From assembly GCA_015523565.1 (NCBI GenBank), contig WAKA01000054.1, forward strand, positions 1 through 18,388: a stretch of DNA of 18,388 nt. Direction: 5' to 3'. Within the stretch, counting starts at the first letter, position 1, and each line of letters begins with the position of its first letter. The notes under the pieces were generated by a model. It worked only from the letters and a program-made list of their open reading frames with translations. It was not told the origin of the DNA and searched no databases. The DNA comes from Candidatus Heimdallarchaeota archaeon. Its GTDB lineage: Archaea; Asgardarchaeota; Heimdallarchaeia; Heimdallarchaeales; Kariarchaeaceae. A program made the translations under genes and the position numbers. Below, one piece after another: positions 1-7,827 of the stretch.

Positions 1-44
1 AACTCATTCAATTCCCACTCTCTATTGATAAATTTGGTTTTCAT
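1..44 (-). CDS. 5' end of a probable archaeal AAA-type ATPase (ATPase_2-like), running off the window edge
   Basis: Not in the ORF track. ATG at 44 on the minus strand gives MKTKFINREWELNE, matching the F-x-(N/D)-R-E-x-E-L N-terminal motif typical of archaeal ATPases. An A-rich BRE-like stretch plus TATAATA lies about 25-35 nt upstream. Only 14 codons are visible. Confidence 0.5.
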   Translation of the reverse strand, partial: MKTKFINREWELNE

Positions 45-50
45 AATATA

Positions 51-107
51 GATTATTATAATTTGGATTATTATATTTCTTTTCCCTTTATTATAGTTAA
101 TAGTTAA
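51..107. promoter_or_regulatory. AT-rich direct repeats over the putative ATPase promoter
   Basis: GATTATTATA at 51-60 and 66-75 (15-bp period), TTATTATA again at 88-95, and TAGTTAA twice at 94-107. Confidence 0.35.
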
Positions 108-329
108 AATGTACAATAATAGGGTTTGAAAAATCATCTTCAAACACTCATTTATATTTCCACGTTATGTATAATGCTGACGAATAAAGAAAACACCAAC
201 TGACAACTCTTGCAGGAACCAACTTGTGTGTTTTTAATTCTTTCTTGATAACAAGGAGTATATTTTCCCTTCTTTCCATATAAATTGGCATTATCATACC
301 AACTTCTATGGGGATAAGAAGAGTAAGAT

Positions 330-803
330 CTATTTCCTTTTCTTGCTCAATTCCTTGATTTTATCTAGGATTCTACTGTTGGTAAGTTCCTTTACCAAGA
401 ATGATCTCGTAGGTTGCAATCCTCTTGATATTTTTGCTATAATTGCTTGCACAGGTTCGTCTCCTTCACTATGTGACAGACTTATTTTCTCAATCAGCTC
501 TTCAAATGCTGTTTGTTTCAATATCGTGTATGAAAACTCTATGTTTGAAAATGCGATGAGATAATCGGGGGTTCCTATTTTCGACATTGTTTCCTCCATT
601 GTCTTCAATATCCCCTCATCTGGGGATTTCAAGGTACCATATGCAACAGTTCCCAGATTCTCAATTTCAAATCTCATCAATTCCATTACTTCCTCATCTG
701 GATCTATCATTGCAATTCTGTATCCATTCAACGCTAACTCCATTATTATTGAATATGCTGTTCTTGTTGACGAATGTATCACCATTATCAACTCATTTGC
801 CAC
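330..803 (-). CDS. Degenerate, short SDR/Rossmann-fold-like protein
   Basis: LIMVIHSSTRTAYSIIMELALNGYRIAMID and TMSKIGTPDYLIAFS follow the SDR beta1-alphaA-beta2 and 'fGriDvLvnnAG' patterns. The TGxxxGxG glycines and NAG are lost, no YxxxK is seen, and it is only 157 aa. GTG start. Confidence 0.5.
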   Translation of the reverse strand: MANELIMVIHSSTRTAYSIIMELALNGYRIAMIDPDEEVMELMRFEIENLGTVAYGTLKSPDEGILKTMEETMSKIGTPDYLIAFSNIEFSYTILKQTAFEELIEKISLSHSEGDEPVQAIIAKISRGLQPTRSFLVKELTNSRILDKIKELSKKRK

Positions 804-810
804 AAAATTA

Positions 811-829
811 TCCTAGAAATATTCTAGGA
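811..829. promoter_or_regulatory. Palindromic operator-like site
   Basis: TCCTAGAA-ata-TTCTAGGA is a perfect 8-bp inverted repeat with a 3-bp spacer, starting 8 bp upstream of the GTG at 803. Confidence 0.4.
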
Positions 830-873
830 AAATGTTTCTTTTTTGTCTCGTCTCCAATGGTTGTTTAGGCAAT

Positions 874-891
874 CCGTTATTCCCCATAAGG
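874..891. repeat. 18-bp intergenic motif, copy 1 (CCGYTATTCCCCATWAGG)
   Basis: ccgttattccccataagg is 16/18 identical to 10356-10373. Confidence 0.45.
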
Positions 892-977
892 TTTCAGAAT
901 ATCCCTTCCTTGACTCATTGTGTGGGGAATTAATGCGCTAATATTTATACATTGAAAAAGGAATTAAATCAGGATCA

Positions 978-2339
978 ATGTCTGCTTACAAGAACAAGGA
1001 GGATGTATCCGCAATAATAAAAATCGCTGTAGTGAGTGGTCTAAGCGGGTTTATCAAAGTTGTCTATCCGTTTTTGATCCGATTTTTCTTTGGTTTGGAG
1101 ATATTGGGTGTTTACTCCGTCTACTTCCATACAATTCTTCTTATCGCCCTTCCCGTGGAACTCGGTTTGGCAATCTCTGCCCTGAAATTCGTCTCTGAAA
1201 GCTTGAACAGTCCGTCAGTATATATCTGGAACTCTATTGCAATTTTTATTTCATACTATATTTTGACTTTTATCTTCTATTTTTTCATACCCGTTTCTCC
1301 TTCAGTAAAACCAATCATATTCCTCGGAATTCTTCTCTTTGGGTTTCACCTATTGCTTAGGCACATCCTTTGGGGAATGAACCTATATGACTTGGCAATT
1401 AAATTGGAATTGATTTCATTTGCATTGGGGGTTTTGGGCTTTGCCATCATGAATTCATATTTAAAAATTTCACCCCTAATGCTGCTTTCTTTTCCGATCA
1501 TCTTCAATGTGGTCTATGTCTCTGCAGTCTCATATTGGCTTATCAGGCACGTGCCATTTTCCCCCATCAGCCGTCCTGTAATTTCAAGAATAGTTCACCA
1601 TGCAATATTTTTGGGAATTGCAAACATTCTTGGTTTTGGTTTGACTTATCTTCAATATGTCATTGCTTCATTATGGTTCACAGAAAAACAAGTTGGAACC
1701 CTCACATTTTGGACTGTAATGGTTCTGCCGCTATCGCTTATCTCCTATCCTTTCTCTGTAAGACTAATCAACAAACTTTCTTCAGTGCGCATTAAGGAAA
1801 AAATGATGGAGGGGTATCAACAGAGCCTCTCCACGATAAATGGGGTATTGCTTATTGTTACGGGCATTTCATTTGTATTTTATTTCTTCAACAATGGATA
1901 TGTCTCATCCTATGAAATCACAATACTTTTTGTTTCTATTCTTGTTGCCGTACTTGGATTTGCAAATACAATTGCATCAATTTACTTTTTGATAGAAGAT
2001 GTCAAATATAATACACTTTCCGCAATCCTTGGTGCTTTTCTTTCAATTTTTACTTGGATTGCATTCCATTCAACTTTGGGTATCCTCTCATTTCCTGTAG
2101 GATTGCTTGTAAACATGATCTTTGTCTCTGTTTTCTTTACACTTGCCTTCTACCATTTGGAAAGAAAAGTCCTTGTCTCCAATATTCTGCTGATCCTGAG
2201 TTCGCTTGTTCCTGCATATTCTATCATTTCCGGTAATCCTATTCTTGCAAATTTCAGTCCAATTGTGTTGGTTATTGGAGGAATTTCAATTCTCAGATGG
2301 TCTAATGATATCCAACAACGCGTGGAGGACGTCTCTTGA
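978..2339 (+). CDS. Wzx-like oligosaccharide flippase / polysaccharide biosynthesis membrane protein (MOP superfamily)
   Basis: 453 aa, about 12-14 hydrophobic segments. 'LIRFFFGLEILGVYSV', 'ELGLAISALKFVSE' and 'FTEKQVGTL' match the two-fold 'r.lg.e.yG.y' / 'lGl..a..k.is' / 'l....vG.y' pattern of flippases. TTTATA at 944-949. Confidence 0.7.
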   Translation: MSAYKNKEDVSAIIKIAVVSGLSGFIKVVYPFLIRFFFGLEILGVYSVYFHTILLIALPVELGLAISALKFVSESLNSPSVYIWNSIAIFISYYILTFIFYFFIPVSPSVKPIIFLGILLFGFHLLLRHILWGMNLYDLAIKLELISFALGVLGFAIMNSYLKISPLMLLSFPIIFNVVYVSAVSYWLIRHVPFSPISRPVISRIVHHAIFLGIANILGFGLTYLQYVIASLWFTEKQVGTLTFWTVMVLPLSLISYPFSVRLINKLSSVRIKEKMMEGYQQSLSTINGVLLIVTGISFVFYFFNNGYVSSYEITILFVSILVAVLGFANTIASIYFLIEDVKYNTLSAILGAFLSIFTWIAFHSTLGILSFPVGLLVNMIFVSVFFTLAFYHLERKVLVSNILLILSSLVPAYSIISGNPILANFSPIVLVIGGISILRWSNDIQQRVEDVS

Positions 2340-3172
2340 CCTCAAGGGAAATATTGAACAATTCCACAAATCCATATTATAATCTTGCTCTGGATCATGC
2401 AATTTTCCTATCATACAATGATTCCAATCCTTGGGTACGTTACTGGCAAAATAAACCAAGTGTAATTCTTGGAAAAGGTCAAGAACTTTCCAAAGAAGTG
2501 AACATAAAATATTGTCAAAGGGAGAAGATTGTAATTTGTAGGAGGATTAGCGGTGGTGGTGCGGTATACCATGATTTGGGAAATCTTAATGTCTCTATTT
2601 TCTTGAATACTAAATACTTGCCTTCAAATTCGATCAAAGAAATCCATGACCTTATTTTGGGTCGAATGCTTCTTGCTTTCAAAAACCTTGGATCTGGCTA
2701 TTCAAAAAAAGAGAATGCCATTTTCTACAATGGCAGGAAAATCAGCGGCACTGCGGCTTATAGGCAATCAAATAAGCTTCTCTATCATTTTACAATCCTT
2801 TTTGACGCAAACCTAATTCATCTGGAAAATGCACTTCTTGCAAAGGATCAAATGCCGAAATCAAAAAGAGCAAGCAGATATGCCCCCACTATAAATATCC
2901 CAAATTTTGACTTTCATCAATGGAGAAAAGTATTCTTGAAACAATTCAGTATAACAACATCAAAAGAAGATTTTGAAGTTGACCTTGCAAAAGCCCAATG
3001 GATACCCCATTCAAAATATGTGGATTTTCCAACCATTTCAGAAAGAAACCTTGCAAAAGATTTGGAAAAGGAAATCTATTCCGACAAGGAATGGATAAAC
3101 ACTGGACGATGGGCGAAATTCATAAACAAATTCAACCAAGTAATGCAGAAACAGGTCCAAATCCCATTCTAA
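2336..3172 (+). CDS. lplA: Lipoate-protein ligase A family protein (catalytic domain only)
   Basis: Motifs PYYNLALD, RYWQNKPSVILGKGQ, RRISGGGAVYHDLGNLN, GRKISGTA and LLYHFTIL. TTG start overlaps the upstream TGA (TTGA), with GGAGG upstream. No LplA C-terminal accessory domain. Confidence 0.9.
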   Translation: MTSREILNNSTNPYYNLALDHAIFLSYNDSNPWVRYWQNKPSVILGKGQELSKEVNIKYCQREKIVICRRISGGGAVYHDLGNLNVSIFLNTKYLPSNSIKEIHDLILGRMLLAFKNLGSGYSKKENAIFYNGRKISGTAAYRQSNKLLYHFTILFDANLIHLENALLAKDQMPKSKRASRYAPTINIPNFDFHQWRKVFLKQFSITTSKEDFEVDLAKAQWIPHSKYVDFPTISERNLAKDLEKEIYSDKEWINTGRWAKFINKFNQVMQKQVQIPF

Positions 3173-4031
3173 TTGCCGCGATCAATGCAACAATCCAGAA
3201 CAAGTCTTTCAATGTCTTTGACTGGATCTTCTTTGCCTTTGTGGAACCTATCCGAGCACCAATCACTGAACCTATTGCCAGAGGTATGCCAAAACTTACG
3301 ATATTCAATAGGTCACCATTGTATAAAGAAAATCTTGTTATTAATACAAAGGTTACAACAAAAAATATCATGAATGAAGATGTTGCCGCAGCAATATGGA
3401 ATGGCAACCCAGAAATGCCGCTAAGTGTCGGGACATATACTATTCCACCACCAACACCCAACATTCCCGCAATCATTCCCCCTATAAAAATCGCAACAAT
3501 GCCAATACCCAATTTCACTTCGTATTCAATAATATCCCCATCACTGTCCTTGAACTTTCTGACATCCCTTTTCAGTTTAGTCATGAAACCATCATTCTCA
3601 TCTACAGGCTTGATTTCAGTCTTTTCTTTTTCTATCTTTTCTGTTGGTTGTTTCCTATTTATCCTGTATAAATTGAAAATGGCAGTGAACCCAATAAGGA
3701 ATGCAAAAAGCATCTTTACAAATTCATCGTTTGTGATAACCCTTTGAGCTATATAACCTCCAAGTATCCCCCCAGGAATTGCAACCGCGGCAAAAATGAT
3801 TCCTGACCTGATGTCAAGTCTCTTCTTCTTATAATAATTAATGCTGGCGCTGAGTGACGTAAACCAGACGGATATTGATGAGATCAATGTGGCATCCGAT
3901 GAAGAGGAAACACCAATGACAAAAATGAGCAATGGCACATTCAATAACCCTCCTCCAATTCCAATCATAGGAGCTATTGTACCTATCAGTAAGCCAGAAA
4001 TTATTAAAATGACTATAGTTAATGGTTCCAC
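3132..4031 (-). CDS. TSUP family (TauE/SafE sulfite exporter-like) membrane protein
   Basis: Duplicated G(I/V)GGG motifs (IGIGGGLLNVP; LGVGGGIVYVP), AAATSSF, GSVIGARIG, about 8 TM segments. The 3' end overlaps the convergent lplA by 41 bp. Confidence 0.9.
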   Translation of the reverse strand: MEPLTIVILIISGLLIGTIAPMIGIGGGLLNVPLLIFVIGVSSSSDATLISSISVWFTSLSASINYYKKKRLDIRSGIIFAAVAIPGGILGGYIAQRVITNDEFVKMLFAFLIGFTAIFNLYRINRKQPTEKIEKEKTEIKPVDENDGFMTKLKRDVRKFKDSDGDIIEYEVKLGIGIVAIFIGGMIAGMLGVGGGIVYVPTLSGISGLPFHIAAATSSFMIFFVVTFVLITRFSLYNGDLLNIVSFGIPLAIGSVIGARIGSTKAKKIQSKTLKDLFWIVALIAAIRMGFGPVSALLG

Positions 4032-4165
4032 ATGCTCAACTTCCTATTTTCTTTTTATTTGTTGATGAAGTTCCCAAAAAATAAAGAAACAATTTGATAA
4101 TTTTTCATGGGTTAATTCAATGTCAACTCAATAAGGTTATATTGTTCATACAAATTTTGATGGAG

Positions 4166-4429
4166 ATGGAAACTGAAATTGATGCTTATGAGGAAGGAAA
4201 CAGGGTAATTGTTGAAGTTGAATTCAACGGAGTTACATATTCTGAGGAATTTCCCAAGGAAGGAAATATAGATGAAATCAGAAATGCCGTCGGAAACCTT
4301 CTGCAGGAAATTCATGAGGATTCAAACATCCCGCCATCACGTCGAGGCAAGATAGAAAACCAAATTTTCAAGTATCTTCATTCAAAAAAATACATTACTG
4401 ACGACGACATCCTTGCATTGATTTCTTAA
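4166..4429 (+). CDS. Small acidic hypothetical protein
   Basis: Track ORF is 4094..4429. TTATAT at 4137-4142 favours the ATG at 4166 (or 4160). Natural composition. Shares the TTAA stop site (4426-4429) with the convergent gene. Confidence 0.6.
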   Translation: METEIDAYEEGNRVIVEVEFNGVTYSEEFPKEGNIDEIRNAVGNLLQEIHEDSNIPPSRRGKIENQIFKYLHSKKYITDDDILALIS

Positions 4430-5328
4430 CGTCTAAGATACCGTAAAATTATGGGGAGAGCAATCAAGACCAGAAATATGCCTGTGATTGAGTAAAATAT
4501 TAGGTTTTGAGAAAGACTGTTCCCCAATTCAAAGACCAATGTTTGGGTTCTCTTGATCAGCATATCCAAATCCAGAAAAGATGGGGATATCGTTTGATTA
4601 TCTAAAGTTGAATTGAATTGGAATCGTATGCTGTCCAATCCCCCATCAGTTAGGTTATAATTTATCGAAATGCCCAATGTTGTATTCGTTAAAGATGTGG
4701 TGTTTATGCCAACAGTTGTCAATGTACTGGCATTTAACAAATTTGCAAGATTTATGGATGTCAATCCAGCTTTTGCATTCAACAAAAATTCATTTCCTGT
4801 TGTCTCTGAAGAGATTGTGAGGTCATTTACCGTAAAATTCAATGTTGTTTGAACAATGCCTCCTATTAAACCACCCATTAAATCTGTAATTGATTCCAAA
4901 TAAGAAAAATAATCGCTGTAGTCTGGAGTTGAAAATGGAAGCAGGTATGGTGTTGAACCATTTGGAAGCAAAAAGCTTTGACCTGCAACCGTTCCCTTTC
5001 TGATCTCATATGAAAAACTCTGGTTCAAATTGACAGTCAATTTCTGCAAATCATTGGCAGTTGTTGTATCATTGACCCTAGTTTGCTGTATCTGAAAATA
5101 TTCAACTTTTGATTCATTAATGCTCTTGAAAACAATAATTGTTGTACGATTTGCGTCTGTCATCAAAGGGGCAATATCAATTCCACCTTGTATCACTGAA
5201 CTTTCCAATCTGTCCAACCAATAAACAAATGCATCACCTGCTTTTCTTCCCCATTCATAATCCTGTGCATTGACCATCGGCATGATGAACAATGACAGAA
5301 CCAGCATTCCTGCCGCAATTTTTTTCAT
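4426..5328 (-). CDS. Secreted, C-terminally membrane-anchored cell-surface glycoprotein
   Basis: Signal peptide MKKIAAGMLVLSLFIMPMVNA, a 'WG..AGD...Y' start of the mature chain, a Thr/Asn-rich body with 12 N-x-S/T sequons counted, and a C-terminal TM helix with basic tail (LRYLRR). Confidence 0.75.
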   Translation of the reverse strand: MKKIAAGMLVLSLFIMPMVNAQDYEWGRKAGDAFVYWLDRLESSVIQGGIDIAPLMTDANRTTIIVFKSINESKVEYFQIQQTRVNDTTTANDLQKLTVNLNQSFSYEIRKGTVAGQSFLLPNGSTPYLLPFSTPDYSDYFSYLESITDLMGGLIGGIVQTTLNFTVNDLTISSETTGNEFLLNAKAGLTSINLANLLNASTLTTVGINTTSLTNTTLGISINYNLTDGGLDSIRFQFNSTLDNQTISPSFLDLDMLIKRTQTLVFELGNSLSQNLIFYSITGIFLVLIALPIILRYLRR

Positions 5329-5360
5329 ATTATGATATGCCGTTCTTTCAATTATTTAAC

Positions 5361-6524
5361 CTATTGATTTAGGGGCTTTTTTTTGTAATTGGAGATTATC
5401 ACTTCTGATTGGACAATGGGAATGCATTTCCTTAAAATCTCATCAGGGTCTATGCCATTCATTGCTTGGATTGAGCCATCAAAGTTTTGTATCTGGTTTT
5501 CAAAATGCTTGTAGAATTCCCTGATAAAATAACGCATTGATCTCCTGAGAATCTGTGCGGATCTGTCCGCTTGAATGATAACCTGAACCTCATTCAACTT
5601 TTCCAGAAGGACAACCCCTTCGTCATACAGATAGCTTTTCATGATAATGTTTTCATTGCCAACCAGTTCACCAATCAATGAATTTACTGATGCAAAAATG
5701 GGGGCAACAAGAAATTCTCTTGAGCCCTTTGTTTCTGTGATCTCTACAGCATACAGAAGTTCACCATTATCTGAGATCAATTGCAGAAATTTAATTCTCG
5801 TAGGTGCCAAATATACAAAATTTGGATATCGAATATAAAATACCGCAAGAATTATAAATGTGGGAAGAATCGTTGTAAACCCATTGACATCCCCTATTGG
5901 AAGGAAATGCTCTGCAATCTCTATCAAATTCCCGATATTGAACATGACCAACGCAAGATTAAGAACTATAAGATATCGCTTGATTATTGGGGCTGATGAA
6001 ACCTTGTATTGCTTATAGTATACATACTGCAATAATATTGATATTTCCATCCCCATTAAATCAAACAACACTCCATCAAGGGTGGTTGGTTGAGCAAAAT
6101 GAAAAACTTCATTTGTATAGATGAGCTTGCCCGTTGAAACGTACAAAAGAGCCAAAATAACTTGTCCACCAATCAATCCTGATAAAATCCCCAAACGTAT
6201 GGAATTGGGTCTTTCATTCAGGAAAAATTCTGCCATAAAGTACAGGATCAGTAATGCAATCAAATGCACAAATCGAACAGGATTGACAATCAGGGAATGC
6301 ACATCACTGCTATACTTGAACAACCCCCATTCTCCCTCAAAAAATAGCTTGAACAACTGTAAAATCCCCATGAGCGTTGTGGAGCTAAATATTGCAATGA
6401 ACCAATCCAATGCATTAACACCACTTTTCCTTCGAGAAATGAAAAAATAGGATGCAAGAAATCCACTTAAAATTACTAGGATAATTGGAGGAATAAGGTC
6501 TCCTGACGGAACTTGATTTACCAC
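5361..6524 (-). CDS. 7-transmembrane protein with C-terminal longin/roadblock-like domain
   Basis: Seven hydrophobic helices in about aa 1-235. The soluble tail IKFLQLISDNGELLY...LVAPIFASVNSLIGEL...VVLLEK..VQVIIQAD...MRYFIREFYKHF..QIQNFDG fits the longin-like beta-beta-alpha-beta-beta-beta-alpha pattern common in Asgard archaea. GTG start; TTTAAA about 25-30 nt upstream. Confidence 0.65.
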   Translation of the reverse strand: MVNQVPSGDLIPPIILVILSGFLASYFFISRRKSGVNALDWFIAIFSSTTLMGILQLFKLFFEGEWGLFKYSSDVHSLIVNPVRFVHLIALLILYFMAEFFLNERPNSIRLGILSGLIGGQVILALLYVSTGKLIYTNEVFHFAQPTTLDGVLFDLMGMEISILLQYVYYKQYKVSSAPIIKRYLIVLNLALVMFNIGNLIEIAEHFLPIGDVNGFTTILPTFIILAVFYIRYPNFVYLAPTRIKFLQLISDNGELLYAVEITETKGSREFLVAPIFASVNSLIGELVGNENIIMKSYLYDEGVVLLEKLNEVQVIIQADRSAQILRRSMRYFIREFYKHFENQIQNFDGSIQAMNGIDPDEILRKCIPIVQSEVIISNYKKKPLNQ

Positions 6525-6583
6525 AAATGAAAATATGTTTTTTTATAATTTAAATCATTTGAACACTTATGGCTATATTTTCA

Positions 6584-7171
6584 CTAAAAAAAATCTTCAA
6601 GGTTTCTATGAAGTTCCCTAATTCTCGCAATTTCACCCTCTAATATTTTGATATAATAGGCATCAAAGTCCCGTCCCACCGTCAACAATTGTATTTCAAT
6701 TCTCGCATTCTCAAGCGTATAATACTTTCCTGTTCCAGGGAGATATCCAACTATCAGATTATCATCCTCCCACAAAATGCCTGTAGCGGCATCCTTAAAC
6801 AGTTTAATGTAATTGTCCAAGTCTGGGCGCTTGATGGGTCTGTAATGTTCTGTCACAACAAAAGGGCGATCCCGCTTTCGTATCGATTTAGGGACACTCC
6901 GATAAAATTTCATGCCTAAAAGAGCCGCCTTGGAAATAGGACGTTCTGGCTTTTTCTCAATGTTCATCAATAACCTTCGAATAACATCCTCATCATCTTT
7001 TGACGGGTTCACTCCATGAATTTTTCCTCCCCTATGGTACACCCTGACCCTTTTTTTCGGAACTGGCTCTATAGGCAATGAAAATTCCAGAAAAAAAGAA
7101 GGTTCATCAAAATTGTCCCTTAGCTGACGCTTATTTGAATAGGTCAATTTCTTCTCTGTCTCATCAGTCAT
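6584..7171 (-). CDS. rusA: RusA family crossover junction endodeoxyribonuclease
   Basis: FSLPIEPVPKKRVR N-terminus and an intact catalytic motif KRPDLDNYIKLFKDAATGILWEDDNLIV (DxDN..K...D....W.DD). Confidence 0.88.
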   Translation of the reverse strand: MTDETEKKLTYSNKRQLRDNFDEPSFFLEFSLPIEPVPKKRVRVYHRGGKIHGVNPSKDDEDVIRRLLMNIEKKPERPISKAALLGMKFYRSVPKSIRKRDRPFVVTEHYRPIKRPDLDNYIKLFKDAATGILWEDDNLIVGYLPGTGKYYTLENARIEIQLLTVGRDFDAYYIKILEGEIARIRELHRNLEDFF

Positions 7172-7177
7172 TGGTCT

Positions 7178-7747
7178 TCACGGATGGAAAAAATCATCAA
7201 TGGCAATACCCAATCCACTGAGAATAAAGGGATCAAATGTCTCGTATGCCTTGATCACAAATGAATCCTTGAAATCAAATGTCCGTTTGTCTATTGTAAA
7301 AACAATATGTCCGCCCATTCCTTTGAAATCAAAAGATTTCCCTGCATCTATGGTTTTTGCGGATAACGATTTGTTACCAATCTGCAATACAACATCTGTC
7401 CCAATCTGTTCACTCTTTATAAACTCAATTTGTGCAACTTTGTCCTCCTTAGATCCAATTAATGTGTATGAACGAAGTATTGGATAGTTCTTCAAGAGTT
7501 TTCCAACGTAAACATTGTTTCCCGTTCGAAATTGAAACTCCCCTTTTGTAGTCACTAATTTTGATTCTACATAAAACATGACTGTCTTGTTCCTTCTGTC
7601 CGTAATAACATACCGATTTTGTTCCTGTTTCAACAATAATTCTTGTTCTGCATCACTTTTGAATAAGGATGGCATCGATTCCCTTTCTCCAAATTTTTCA
7701 TAAACTTTCCCAAACAATGACCCGTATTTGAGAAATAATTTCCCCAT
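7178..7747 (-). CDS. LURP-one-related / scramblase (Tubby-C-like fold) protein
   Basis: Repeated beta-hairpin units (YVITDRRNKTVMFYVE; YTLIGSKEDKVAQIE; FDFKGMGGHIVFTIDKR; DSFVI) followed by a buried C-terminal helix DPFILSGLGIAID. 6-bp gap to rusA. Confidence 0.65.
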   Translation of the reverse strand: MGKLFLKYGSLFGKVYEKFGERESMPSLFKSDAEQELLLKQEQNRYVITDRRNKTVMFYVESKLVTTKGEFQFRTGNNVYVGKLLKNYPILRSYTLIGSKEDKVAQIEFIKSEQIGTDVVLQIGNKSLSAKTIDAGKSFDFKGMGGHIVFTIDKRTFDFKDSFVIKAYETFDPFILSGLGIAIDDFFHP

Positions 7748-7827
7748 TCATTTATTTTTCATTTATTTTTCTTTCCAAGAATATGTAAGATAAAGAGTTA
7801 TATTCAATCAATATGATTTAAACTTGA

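Noticed and set aside
2998-3747. 249-aa + strand ORF (also 9420..9947 and 10083..10406)
   Set aside because: Antisense shadows of the TSUP genes. The Pro/Ile-rich text simply mirrors Gly-rich hydrophobic codons.
5361-6524. Microbial rhodopsin
   Set aside because: Seven TM helices, but no DxxxK/SxxxK retinal lysine in TM7 and no RYxDW-like motif in TM3.
6584-7171. Prophage inferred from rusA
   Set aside because: No integrase, terminase, capsid or replication genes nearby; the flanks are cellular-type genes.
7738-7747. Further copy of the TTCCCCAT motif
   Set aside because: It is just the ATG GGG AAA start of the LURP-one-like gene, and the flanks do not match the 18-bp motif.
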